NCBI GenBank assembly: GCA_964036045.1
Contig: OZ038379.1
Span: forward strand, 27,404,001 to 27,468,000
DNA from: Eutreptiella sp. 'Long Island Sound 2002'
Lineage: Eukaryota; Protista; Euglenida
Reading direction: 5' to 3'
Length of the DNA: 64,000 nucleotides
Of this stretch, positions 35,101 to 46,299 are shown one piece after another (position 1 is the stretch's first letter; every line of letters begins with the position of its first letter). A program made the position numbers and the translations under genes. The notes below the pieces were generated by a model. The model was given only the letters and a program-made list of their open reading frames with translations. It did no database searches and was not told the origin of the DNA.

Positions 35101-38100
35101 AGCAAAACCTGAACTATATGCGAGCAGTTATGTCACAGGCACAATCCCCCCAGTCCTCAGGCCCCCGTATGATGGCATTAGACATGGACAGCATGAGAGG
35201 TAAACGGCCACGAGCGGGTAACAATGAATCCTTCAAATACAAATCCATCACAGAGATCTGTGCAACGTCTACCGCTTGGAGCGAACCTACGGTTCACCAC
35301 GTTCAATTGTAATGGAGCCCTTACCCCGGTGGAGGAGGGAAAGAAAAAGCGCAAACACATACAGCTCATTTTACGCTATTTCAAATCTACACGGAACCAA
35401 ATTTTGGCACTGCAAGAACCCCACCTCCCAACCCGCACACAACACTCGCGGATGCACAGCGCCCAAAGGCGCAGCAGGTGCGCGAGACAACCAAATGTGA
35501 GGGGTACAACATGCTATTCCAGCTAACCACGGACGGATTCATAGGTGGCGTGGCATTGTTCTAGAACAATAAATGGGAAGCCACGTGGTCCAGCTCCCTA
35601 TCCCCCCGCATCGTGCTGGCTAACCTCCGGAACGTGGACGGCCTACAGGTTACGGTCCTGGCAGGGCATTTCCACCACAAAGAAGGCGTGCGATCCATGC
35701 AAATGCAACTACTGGCACATACCCTCCCCACCCTCCCCCTACATGACCATGTGCTAGTCTTCGCGGACCACAACTGAGTCATGGTCCCGGGATTCGACTC
35801 GGAATCAATATCAGTCAAGGACACCCTCCCCCCTGTGGTAAAAGCACGCAAAGAGGAGGCGGCGGTGCTAAACTCCCTTGAGGTCCAGGATGCTTGGCTC
35901 CGTGCTTACTCACGGTCCGGGGACGCCAATGAACACCACGTGACTAAGGGCTGGACCTGGGGGCACACAGGGTGCCGCCCGACTGGGTGGTGCACGACCA
36001 GGGAGACACGGAAGACAAACCAGCCCCATCCCCACACATACGTAGGGTCCATAGAATGCACATCTCAGCCTCATTGGTCCCCACACTGAGTACATGCTTC
36101 ACACACAGACTGGCCCATTCCGACCATAGGGCCGTCATAGTAGAAATCCCCCCCCCCCCCCCCAGCGGACACTGACCAACGTAGGGCCCGGCTGCCCACG
36201 TCATTCCTGAAATGTGCGGACACCATGGAACTCGTGGCCCGCAGAACCTGCTCTCTGCCCTACCCTGATCAGAACTTCTAAGACACGGCGATCACGGAAG
36301 TCCGGAGGACGGCATTTCAATTTGAAAAAGAACACAGGACCCAGGGAATCCCGGAGGTGACTGCACTACTTCACGACGCCACCCGCACCCACACGCACCA
36401 GGGCATACGCAATGCTGCACTCCATGGTACAGACACAACAGGCAGACAGAGCAGGCACTGCGGTGTTGTCCAAATTGAAGTCCGTACTACATGAGGAACC
36501 AGCCTCCCCGTACGAGAAACAACAGAGGAAAAGCCAAATCGCCCGCACTAGACTAGAGAGCCGCAACAACGCAGAAAGCTGTCATAGCTATGGGACAAGG
36601 TGGGCACAATCCTGACCGAGCCCACCAGCATTGCCAAGGCCTTGTTGGATCGCTGGTCCAACATTATGAAGGAAGGCCCCAAAACGGTTTAGGAAGACGT
36701 GGATTTCCTTGACTCACTCCCCCCCCCCCCCCCGCACACTCCGTAACTGCGCCCCCCTACTGCTGCGGCCCCTCTCCACATGCCTGGTACGGACAGCCCT
36801 AGAAAAGATGAAATGTGGCTCAACCCCGGGCGTTGACGGTATCCCGGCTGAAGTTTTCATGAGTATGCCCTCGGTGTTTGTAGCCCCAATGCACGATGTA
36901 ATGTCCGCCTTCCTGGCACAAGATGCCATCCCAGTGGCGTGGGCACTAGGCGTCATGAACCCCGGCCCTAAAGACCAAGGTTCCACCTCCGTCCAAACCC
37001 TGAGCCCCATATGCCTACAAAACGTCATTTTCAAATGGGCCACGGCCATCATCTTGCTGATGATGGAAGACATTGTGGCCTTCGCCCCCCCCCCCCCCCC
37101 CCCCCAGCAGACCGCCTTCATAAAACACCGCTTTATTTTCCACCACATCTGGAATGTAAGAGGGGCGTGGGAGGCGGTGGAACAAGGGGTGTTGTTGTCA
37201 GTAGACTTCTCCGAGGCTTATGACAGTGTGTTCCACAGCTACCGAAGGGCATTTTTCCGATATATTGCCCCCCCCCCAGCAATGAGAGCCCTCCGGATCT
37301 CCATGTTCAAAGCGCCACTGGTCTTCTAAGTGGGACGGGGCATTGTCCCCGAGGTGCCGCTCCATCCGGGGTCCGAGATCAAACAGGGAGACCCCCTTCC
37401 CCTGGCGATTTTCGTTATGGTATGCTCAGTCCTGATCCCCTTGCTGTAGAATATCTCCCCCGATATACATGTACTGTTTTATGCGGATGACTTCCTGATC
37501 TATATCCCCCTATCCCCTGCCCAGCAGATACCCTTGCTAGATAAAGTGTTCGATATCATCAAAGTCCATGGCTATAGCGTAGGTATGAAAACCAACCCAG
37601 ACAAGTCAGCATTCCTCCTCAAGGGGTTTTGGCATGACCGGTTGCGGGAGAGGCTGCAGTAGTTTGGGGTAGAGATAAGGACCAAGGTCAAGTATCTGGG
37701 CATCCTCATTGGACATGTGTCCTCAGAAGAGGCCCTCGCCCTTATCATGGCACGCGAGCCAACATATCACCCTTTGTGCGGCTACTCCCCCTAACGTTTA
37801 GTGAGCGCATCGCACTCTTCCAAGAGTGGGTCCTGCCCCTCTTCACTTTCGCGGCCAGAGCGTACTTCCCAACTGACCAGGTGGTGGCACAGCTGGCGGT
37901 GGTCTACTGAACAACACTCCGGATAAGTAGCTGGGGCTTGACCCTGCCCATTCTGGAGTTCCCCCCGTCCCTAGGGGGAAACAACCTGCCCCAGCCACAC
38001 GCGTTCCTCCTCTTGCAGCATGTGACCCCCTTCCTACTGTCCGCCCAAGAGCCACTGTCTGTTCCCCCCGTCTCCCGTAGCCATTTCCAGCGTTGGGCGT

Positions 38101-41100
38101 CGACCTTTGGGGTCCGGCCGGACCCAATCCACCTCCCATGGTTGCAATTAGGCCCCATCCCGTGGAAAACCATGCCAATTTTGGGCACAGCATGCAAAGC
38201 ATACTTGCTGCTACGCAAAGCGGCACCGGTTGGTGTCCCGGCTAGGGAACTCGCACCCCGCCTAACCCCCTGGCACTCCACCCTATTCGGGGACACAAAC
38301 TCCAACACATACTACTCGCCTAGCCTGATCCGAGCGGCCATCTGTACCATCAAGCAGCTAATGGACATGGAGGGCAACCTAGACTTGCTCCCCTGCACCT
38401 GGGTGCCCGTCTACAAGGACGTGCCCCCAAAAGTCCTGCACCCCCCCTCCCCCCCACACCGGCGGGCCAAGCGATAGAGCAGCCGCTCATGGAAACCAAA
38501 CCAGCTTTCTGGGTAGGGTGAAACAACAAGAAATTGCTACGCTACTTGATGCAACTCCGGCCAGTCCCACCCAGACAGACGCCGGAAACGTGGAAAGAAT
38601 GGTCCACGGTCCAACTACCGGATGCAGACGTCACTTTAATCCAACAGGCACTCCGGCGCAAACTGCCAGTGGGAACCAGGTTGGCAGGGTGGCAACCCCA
38701 GAGGATAGCATGCCCCCTGGACGCCTAGCAGGAAACGTCGCAGCACCCGTTACTCCACTGCCGGTACTTGCCGGTTGTGTTCCGCCCGGCTACTAAGTGT
38801 ATGGGGCCTGTCTAGGTAGACGACGGCGCCACAGATGATGCAGAGGAAATCCTGTCCTCGATGCCCGCCCTCTCCCTCTCTTCCCCCCTTGGGCCTAGTC
38901 ATGTGGTCGGCGGTGCGAGCCAATTGTCGCATGCGATGCTCGCACAAGTTCGACCCGAAGCCCAGCCCCCCGCATTGGAACCATTTTCCGCGCCTTTGGA
39001 TTAACACCCTAGAGCCTTGGATGGACCACCACACCCCACACTGCCACACGCTGAAGTCAAAATGTTGCTGCATGGTCTGGACCAACTGGACGGCCCCGAT
39101 GGCCTACTGGACCACCCACAGGCCAACCAGCTAGGCTCACTCCACTACCCACCCCCGACACTCCACTACCCAACATGCAAGAGGTTGCGTAAACAAGGGC
39201 ACGAGGTAGCCCTATGTGAGTACTTTGGGGACGTCATTGGACGGTATGAACAGGAGAACTGGGAGATCATCTACCCAGATGGATCCTTAGAGCTGCACCC
39301 CGCAGCAGCGCGAGTGGGGGGATATGGAGTCTTCTTCGGAGACTTCAGGGATGTGGCGGAACCCCTTCCTGTGGACGAGGAACAAACCAATAATAGAGGT
39401 GAATTGCACGCGACCCTGGCGGCCCTCCAAGGCCACAGACCGGGATCACAATCCCTGATCTGCCCTAACTCCACCTATGTGGTGGACGGTTTGTTAGGGA
39501 GGGCACAAAAGTGGCGGCGCCACGGTTGGCAAACCACGTCGGGCCCAGCCCGGCACGTGGACATGTGGACACAGGTCCTAAACAGCTTGGAGAAAAGAGG
39601 ATCTGAGGTACAGTGGCTCCACGTCCCCTTCCACATCGGGATAAGAGGTACTGAAAAGGCAGACACACTGGCTGATGAGGGACAACTCAGGTCACCCCTG
39701 TTGAGGGAGTATGTGTCGGCAGGCCCCACGGCGCCCGAGGACGAGGAACCCCCCCGGTTGGAAGTGCTGTACCAAGAACCCCCGGAGATGCCCGAAGACC
39801 CCCCCCCCCCGGCCGCAAATACCGGTGCATGCAAAAGAACCGGTGGAAGGTGCACCACGGACGGCGGTCCGCATGAGTGGGCCAATGGACAACACGCCCC
39901 GGCGACCAAGGACACCAGCCCCCTTGGTCCCGGACAGTGAAATCCTGACCCCCACCCCTAGGCGGAGACACCGCCGCAACTGGTCCCCCCTTTCCCCCTT
40001 ACACGCCAGTCTTGTTCCAGAGACGCACACTACCCGCCCTCTTCCCTCCAACCCCAACATCACAACAAGCGCGAGGCGCAGTCACACCGCGGGTACTGGG
40101 GCCAGCGCGCACAACCTTCCGGTCCCCGCTCCCCCCCTCCCCACATGACGCCAAGAGAGTCACAAAACCTGCTAAGTTGCCTAAACCTGGTTGCAATGCA
40201 CTCTCCAGCCCCCTTAGCCCTCGGGACGGAGCCGCACAGCCCAGCCACAGCGGACACGGCGTCCACCGACAGATGCAATACAGAAAACTTCGGGTTCATA
40301 ACACCCGACCGGCTATCGGCGACCACCGAGGACGATGAAACACTGTCCTGCAGCACGCACAACTCTGAGGGTACCCCCCCCCCCCAAGTTTCCGAGCTGG
40401 ATAGAAGGTAAGAGACATAGACAGCCCAGCGGAGAGAGTCGTTGTCTTCAATCGTCCAGAGCCGGGGTTCAATACCCGGGGAATGCCCCCAATACCCACC
40501 CATACACCAACACGCGCCACCGCCGGTACCGGCAGATCGGATGGAGGTCTTGTCTATTTTTCAGGCACCCCCCCCCCCCCCCCACAAAAAAAAGCAAAGC
40601 GAATCGTGGCACCACGCACCTGTAGCAGCGCGCGCCGCCACCGGTACTTGAAGGGACCAATGGGAGGTCTCGTCCGTCGACTGACGGCAACGGGGATCGA
40701 ACCGGCGCCAACACTGCTGGCGCCAAGTGCGCTACCGCTCAGGCAGCGGCCTCCACAGCCTGCGTAGCCCCCCCCCCCCCCCCAGTGAACTGAATGTTGT
40801 ATGTGCCCACCAAACTCCAACACTCCAATACCCATTGGGGCTTTTCAGCCCTAACGACCGCGAAGGCTTGCCAGGGTTGGTGGCAGCAGCCAAACCGGCT
40901 AACCCCTCACCTCTCGCACCGCGAGCCCTGCATGACCCGGGGAAACACGAAGCCAAGGGTGTGCGGCCAAGAGGGGCCGGCGCAAGCAAGCACAGCCATG
41001 GTAACAGGCACCCAAACATGGTACACCACATACACGCCACGACCCGGACTCAATATCATATCATGTGTGCAATGTCCCCAGGCAGTAAAGCCCAGAACCT

Positions 41101-44100
41101 GAGGCCCACAGCTCTGACCGAGCCAGGGAGGCAGGGATCTGGAACTGTTTGGAACACAAACAAGGCCACTGGCCGGACAAACATGTGATGAACTGAGAGA
41201 GCAATGAAGGCCGTGGGGCAGGCGCGGTTGGAGCGGTAGTGGCGGGTCCACACTTGACCAATTGCAGCCCCAATCAGCTCGCAAGCCACAAGGCAGATCC
41301 GGACGCGCCGGCACCTCCAGCCTATGCTCGGCCAAGCCGGCAGCGAAAAAGGCAACCGTGGCAACGTGTTGCCCCCCCCCCCCCCCCAAGCCCTACTACC
41401 GGCGTCTCGTGGGTCACACCCGCGGTGCACTTCGTGAGGGGAGAAGCTGAGGACACTTGGGTCCGCTCGACCCTCGTGGATGGGGCATGGCACACGTGGT
41501 TGGGCAATGTCGCTGCGGTGTTGCGGGTCCCCATTGTCTGGGTGGAGAATTGCTTGTTGAGGTTGGTGTCGTGGGGGGTGGAGTTTGCAAGGGATCTTGG
41601 TGTCCCTATTTTTCTGAGTGAACTGCGACGTGCCCAGGATTTGCTCGAGCCTAAAGTTTGGCTATCAATCCTCCACGATTCAACTTCGCCGAGAGCGGTG
41701 CTTCTTCACCTTCACGAGCAGCTTTTACGCCGCGGGTTGGGGGATGTGGGATGCATCCCCATCCAACAGCGCATATGGGATTCCATAGTCCCAGAGGATT
41801 TCCACAGCGTAGCGTAGTGGGACCTGCGAGGGGTTCCCTCCCCTTCAGAGCAAGCGGCGATAATGGTGTTAGCCTTATGTGGCTAGAGGCTATTGCATCC
41901 TATGGTCGATAAGGGGCTTAAGCCCAACGGCAGTGTCTTCGCGATGCCCAAAAGTGCAGAAAAAGCAAGTTTAATAGTCTATATGGTTCCCTTCAATAGA
42001 GCCATGGCGGCCAAGCCCCCTTCCTTTCACCTGCCTTCGGTAGAGGTCCTGGCCCTAGTTATACTGGGTGAGATGACAAGATTGGCTGATTTTCTGCCGG
42101 GCCTGCATAGGAGCCACCAGGTGTATTCTTGTGTCGTGGATGCGCTCCAGACTCTCAGTGAGGGGTCTGAGGGATTGTACATGTGTCACATTGACCTTTC
42201 GAACCGGTCTTTGCACTTCCCTGCACGATACCACGAATGCCTCTGCATCCGAGGGGCTTTTGGCGAAGTGCTTTCCTTCCATTGCCTCCTTTTTGGATGG
42301 AAGTACATTCCAATCCTGTGTTAGAAAGTAATGAACACCTGGTGGCCCGGCGGGTTTGGTGGGGGTAGTGGTGATGGTCTATTTGGATGATGTGTTGGTG
42401 GTCGGGAGAGGCAAGCCAAACACACGTAACCACGCACCGTCGTTAGTGCTCCACCTACGTGCGTCAGGAAGGTGCTGTCGTTAGTTCAAGTCAACGCGAA
42501 AACCAACCCGTTGGTTGGCGTGGCTTGGTAAAGTAGTGGACTTTGATTCGGGTGTCCTGTCCGCCGCAGGTGCAACATGGGAGTTGGGCTTTGATTGCGA
42601 TGGTGATTGGTTGGCGGCACTGGAGTTGGCTCGTGCACGTCCGCAGGCCCTATGGGCCATGCCGCCTCGTAATTCTGTTTTCGTTTGGACAGTCGGCCTT
42701 CCGTGTGGCCCTTTTGTGCTCCCCCATGCTTGGCGGAATGAAATATGATCCGTTTCCAACCTGGAGGGTCATGAATTCCACGATTATTTCCTTGAGTACA
42801 AGGTCACTGCGGGGGGGCTTGTGTTGAGGGAGATTTAGCCCCTGGCTTGTTCCGCCCATGTCCCTATTTTGCCTTGCCCTAGTCTTTTCTGCATGTCGTG
42901 AGGCTATGCCCAGCTGTAGACGCGGTTCCAAGGGCAAGCGCAGGCATACGCCGGGGGCGCTGCCGGCACACGCCGGCCGCCATTGGCTGCCGACGCGACG
43001 GGAGGAGGTTGCAGCCGTAGGGAAAGTTACGCACCGTGCTCGCGGGGTTTCCGGTGCGTTGTGTCTATTTGGGCTGCCAAGCCCGACTTTACTTGGGCGT
43101 CTCAGTGTCCAAGGAGGAGGCCCCAACCATGCTGCAGAGGGCGGTGGCCGAGGTCTCCCGCAGGGTGAGTGGGGATGTGCGGCACGTGCTGTTGCGCGGG
43201 TCCCCGTCGTTCAGGTGGGCAGTGGGCATGTGTGTTGTCATAGGTGGATTTTGCCATTTGGGGTGCACCGTGAATGGCGCCTCTCCATTTCCCTCTCGCA
43301 CCACCACAAGGCAGATGGACAGCGGGTGCCCTACCTTTGGATACAGGGATCCCCTACCCTTGTCTGGGCGGTGTCTGCTCTTTTCAATCCATAGGGCCTG
43401 CGCTCTTTCTGTGCCTGCGCTTTTGGGCCAACACCGCGTACCTTGCAAAGTGCTGTAGTGCATGCCTCCGACGATTCCAGTGTTTATTATTAAGTCCTTT
43501 TCATTGGGCTGTGTTGGGGGTGCAGGTGCAGATGCAAATGTGTTTTGATGCTCTGCGTGTGCTTTGCAAAATTCTGGATCGCCATCGATGTGTAGTTTTG
43601 ACCCATGGTTGATGGCTGACTTCACCTGCGCAGTCCTCCTGCCCCTGCCAACGTGTGAGAAAGTGAGGGAACGAGGGGGTTAGCACACACTGTGAAAGCG
43701 CGCACAGCCATTATCCATGAGATTGGATGCTCTAGGGGTGAGATGCATTGATGCTCTGCGCGCCAATGGCCAGGCCAGAGAACATGAGAGGGATGCAATG
43801 AGCAGGAGAGCAAGTCGCGCAAATAGAAAAACATGCAGGAAAATAAAGAAGGGTTGCCGCGGCTGTATACACGGGGCCACTGCGCCAGAGCCGTGTGCTT
43901 CCCCATGTGGTTACCAAGACCGCTTGTGGGGAGGGTCGAAGTTGCCAACACATGCCATCCATTTCGCTCAAGGGCGGGGGGGGGGGTGCTGTGAGTGGCA
44001 TCCATGATGAGAACACCCTTGATACCGGGGCCACCATCAATACGGCCGAGGCCCGCATCCACCCTCCGGTGCAGGCCCATTCTCACTAGGGCTGAGAGTT

Positions 44101-44969
44101 CGCCTTGGCAACCCTGGGACTCAGTGCCACTGCTACATGTGCTGTGTGTGGCGTGCATGGTACTGTGTCTTGTGTCATTGTAAACGGTTGTTTTTTCTTT
44201 ACTCTGCCTGCCCACCCGCCCAAACAGAGTGTGGGGCATCTGCGAATTCTTTCTATATTATCCTGCCTGCCCACCCACCCAGAGGCAGGTTGTGTACACG
44301 ATCGCCAACGTTGTCGGTCACCATACAGCTGCATGCCAACAGGCGCTGCTAATATGCCGAGGATGATGTGTTTTGATGCTCTGCGTGTGCTTTGCAAAAT
44401 GTCCCTGCACTCCAATATGCGGTCACTCACACCGCCATTGTCCATGTACTCCAATGTACGGTCCCTCACACCACGGTCGTCCATCTATTCTAATGCACCG
44501 ACACTCACCCATCGGCTACCATAAGTTCACAAGTCTCCAATGGCTCAGGCTCATCAAAGCCAGCGTCACGGTGACCCAGAAACAATGCGGGGATGTCAGC
44601 CCATGCCTCCCTATGGCCGCCAAAGTGGGAACAGCCGGCAGTCGGGAACATAGGCTAGGGACAAACGGCGAAGAGGCAATCGTTTCTATGACAGTAGCAT
44701 GCACCAATGCAACGCCACGTCGGTCATTCCCTCGCTATTGCCGAGTGCACACTTGCCCGTGGGGGCCCCTGCTCAAGGAGGGTAGCATGCATATGTGGGA
44801 TGCAGGGCGCGGTAGGGATGCAAGCCCTGTACATAGTCTTGTTGTCGTGCTGAGAGGGAGGAAAAGCTGCACCGGGCGGAGATACCAAGCATTGATGCAG
44901 TGCAGATAGAGCTGTAGCGAGGTGGTGTATTGTAGTGAACGCTATTGCTTGGGTTGAAACGAATGGGTG

Positions 44970-45016
<47 letters not shown>

Positions 45017-46299
45017 TTCTCCTGAATTTTAGGCCATCAGTGCAGAAATAGACATGGCAAGAGGAGCCCTGTTCCTCTGGAAAGGTCACAACAAATTTTT
45101 TTTTGTGATTCAACTCACCCACAGAGAAGTGCTGCCTGATTCCAGCTGGAACTCAAGGGGTGAAGCCTCCCAGCCCCTCCATGAGTCCTCAGAGTGGTTG
45201 GCCTCTGCCCTCTCGTTAGAGGTAGCCAAGGCACAATGGGTCTCAGCCTGTTCCTTCAGGTAGGGAAGTGCTTGGCACGTCTGGGACTCTCCCCCACCAA
45301 GGAGCAGATGGGGTCACCCCTCTGGGCCTTCCTCACGTTCCTCATGTTGTACAGCGTCCTCCACCTCCAGATGGCCCAGGTCAAAATACAGGGAGTGATT
45401 CTGCTGCTGGCCTCTGTAAGCGGCCTCACACGGGCTCACCATGGACTCTGCTGTCATGAGATGGGGAGGCATGCAGAGCAGGTTGTGACCAGCAAGGGGG
45501 AAACTCGGCAGGCAATGCAGGTCACCGACAATAGACTTTGTTGCTACAAATGGGAGATTTCCGCCTTAATTCCCAGACCTGCATATCAAAAAAAATATGT
45601 CCCTCATTTAATCACCCATGCTGACAAGAACTAAGTCATGGCTAAACCTTGGACTCTTGTGACCTTTCCTGTGCTCAGGTCTGGATTGCACCCATATTGG
45701 ACTCCCCGAAGCCTCCTCCAGAGAGGGTCACCTTCACATACCCTGTGCTGGAGGCAGCGAAGGAGGTGATATTCCTTTCTGCAGGTGCTGGCAAGGCAGA
45801 TATGCTGAAGCAGGTGCTGGAGGACGAGGTATGCTACGTGTACTGGATGGGCTGTCTGCAGGGCAGCAAATATAATGAGATTTGTTGCAAATGCCAGGGG
45901 ACGGAGATACGTCACAATCATAATATGCCCCATGATTTCCAAGGAATTGGTCATAGCTCTGTCTCCTGGCGCTGCTGGAGATCTCTTCCCATGGTGCGCA
46001 CTCTGAAAGATCTTCAAAACCAAGCAACAATGAGGCCCTCTGGCAAACATGAGAGATGATAACTGCCTTGTCCTGGCTCTTTCGGTTTGGGGACTGCTTT
46101 CGGTCTGGCTCGGAGATTGAGGTTCAGGGAACGGGCTTTGCACTCCAAAATGCCCATCAGTCCTGTCCTCTGGTGTGTGCAGGTGGATTGGAAGCAGGTC
46201 CCTTCGAAGAACGTGAAGTGTCAGGGATCTGTCGTGTGGTTCACGGATGATGGGGCGACATCAAAACTGGAGAAAACTGCTTTGCGCAAGTCACTGTGA
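16904..46299 (+). CDS. PGL: 6-phosphogluconolactonase, spliced gene: join(16904-17179,18143-18346,45679-45828,46183-46299), 248 aa
   Basis: Family motifs [17 protein letters not shown]…[37 protein letters not shown]; three phase-0 GT-AG introns (963, 27332 and 354 nt) join in frame. Confidence 0.92.
17582..17651 (+). other. tRNA-derived sequence in PGL intron 1 (SINE-like head)
   Basis: GCCAGT…ACTGGC acceptor-like stem, TAGTGGTT A box, GGTTCAAGTCC B box; the T and anticodon arms do not pair. Confidence 0.5.
17800..18070. repeat. Dispersed repeat with GCAGCATGCCGCAGC motif; paralog at ~52465-52800
   Basis: Shared AGGAACAAGGAGACAACCAGGAGTAC…TTTTGGAAAA…GCATGCCGCAGC…GGGGAC(T/C)GTTGGTGC. Confidence 0.7.
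18143..18346 (+). CDS. PGL: 6PGL exon 2 (68 codons)
   Basis: CAG|GTC acceptor; [11 protein letters not shown]…[23 protein letters not shown]; CAG|GT donor. Confidence 0.92.
19430..20325 (+). pseudogene. L1/Tx1-like LINE ORF2 fragment (RT C-terminal half), left part; continues at 29374
   Basis: [11 protein letters not shown], frameshifted ADD, and FFPTHQV…GGYAL…FLLWCH, which is homologous to YFPTDQV…GGNNL…FLLLQH at ~37860-38020. Confidence 0.8.
20509..21096 (+). pseudogene. gag-like ORF1 of the YR element (2 in-frame stops)
   Basis: Coiled-coil-like start [27 protein letters not shown]; C-terminal C-x2-C-x11-H-x4-C ([21 protein letters not shown]); stops at 20677 and 21013. Confidence 0.7.
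21115..22080 (+). pseudogene. Tyrosine recombinase ORF (frameshifts and stops)
   Basis: Catalytic-pattern motifs RRVSEA (R), ATKV (K), HVFRRAG (HxxR), [12 protein letters not shown](C)A (expected Tyr position reads TGC). Confidence 0.82.
22900..24561 (+). pseudogene. ORF3: N-terminal domain + reverse transcriptase + RNase H (N-part) of the YR element
   Basis: [22 protein letters not shown] (for YLDD), FLGKHIDT; RNase H RQSAEL and LVTDSQ; several frameshifts. Confidence 0.85.
24822..26003. mobile_element. Telomere-repeat-flanked cassette, copy B (1182 bp)
   Basis: Same termini as copy A; perfect 13-bp inverted repeat at 24840-24852 / 25989-26001. Confidence 0.85.
26004..26075. repeat. Telomeric-like spacer array between cassettes B and C, with CCCTAGGG palindromic variants
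   Basis: CCCTAACCCTAACCCTAGGGCTGACCCTAGGGCTAACCCTAA…. Confidence 0.85.
26076..27206. mobile_element. Telomere-repeat-flanked cassette, copy C (1131 bp)
   Basis: Same termini; inverted repeat at 26094-26106 / 27192-27204 (1 mismatch). Confidence 0.85.
27414..27683 (+). pseudogene. RNase H C-terminal part of the YR element (resumes after the hAT-like insertion)
   Basis: TDSQ|[12 protein letters not shown]… joins in frame across the TSD; [15 protein letters not shown] matches the WVxSxxNPADxxSR motif. Confidence 0.85.
27994..28497 (+). CDS. Hypothetical hydrophobic ORF within the YR element, between A2 and B2
   Basis: 167-codon ORF with hydrophobic stretches ([11 protein letters not shown]; [20 protein letters not shown]); no recognised homology. 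Confidence 0.3.
   Translation: MPSRARSAAQLRNLAYALFVILTLRPGLLWLFDLLMEAFAVLVATGLRLLAYIRRTRHGVGVSLAVVCAALQGRFGCAQRMAQRAPRLHLRLAGDAWVVERHVAPIWDQALVPLRRAFDLMPQLWWDRPANRLLVVSGWLDVRFLGHAGHFVGVTWGFGVYSPVLGV
29374..30450 (+). pseudogene. Right part of the interrupted LINE ORF2 (C-terminal region with zf-RVT-like and CCHC remnants)
   Basis: [17 protein letters not shown] across the junction; [17 protein letters not shown]…[11 protein letters not shown] (~29965-30062); [15 protein letters not shown] (~30085-30130); right boundary approximate. Confidence 0.7.
33250..40410 (+). mobile_element. Near-full-length decayed non-LTR retrotransposon (ORF1; APE-RT-zinc knuckle-RNase H ORF2), L1/Tx1-like RT
   Basis: ORF1 pieces 33397-35250; [21 protein letters not shown] (35290-35430), AHSDHRAV (~36115); [33 protein letters not shown] (36800-37500); RNase H 39260-39690; many stops and frameshifts. 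Confidence 0.88.
39260..39690 (+). pseudogene. RNase H domain of the LINE
   Basis: [47 protein letters not shown]. Confidence 0.88.
40421..40748. other. Two convergent tRNA-like Pol III heads (40421-40490 on +, 40680-40748 on -)
   Basis: CAGCCCAGCGG…GGTTCAATACC on +; GCCTGAGCGG…GGTTCGATCCC on -; cloverleaves incomplete. Confidence 0.35.
41239..43400 (+). mobile_element. Second, diverged YR-family retrotransposon fragment (ORF3 N-domain, RT, RNase H remnants; no gag or YR seen)
   Basis: HDSTSPRAV…RGLGDV…IWDSIV is homologous to HGSTSPKPV…RGLGDI…LWDEVV of the first element; [20 protein letters not shown] (~42380). Confidence 0.8.
44971..45014. repeat. (CA)22 microsatellite
   Basis: Perfect dinucleotide run. 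Confidence 0.95.
45679..45828 (+). CDS. PGL: 6PGL exon 3 (50 codons)
   Basis: CAG|GTC acceptor; [30 protein letters not shown]…; GAG|GTA donor. Confidence 0.92.
46183..46299 (+). CDS. PGL: 6PGL exon 4 (38 codons + TGA)
   Basis: CAG|GTG acceptor; [24 protein letters not shown] resembles the 6PGL C-terminal strand. Confidence 0.82.
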   Translation: MDWKQVPSKNVKCQGSVVWFTDDGATSKLEKTALRKSL

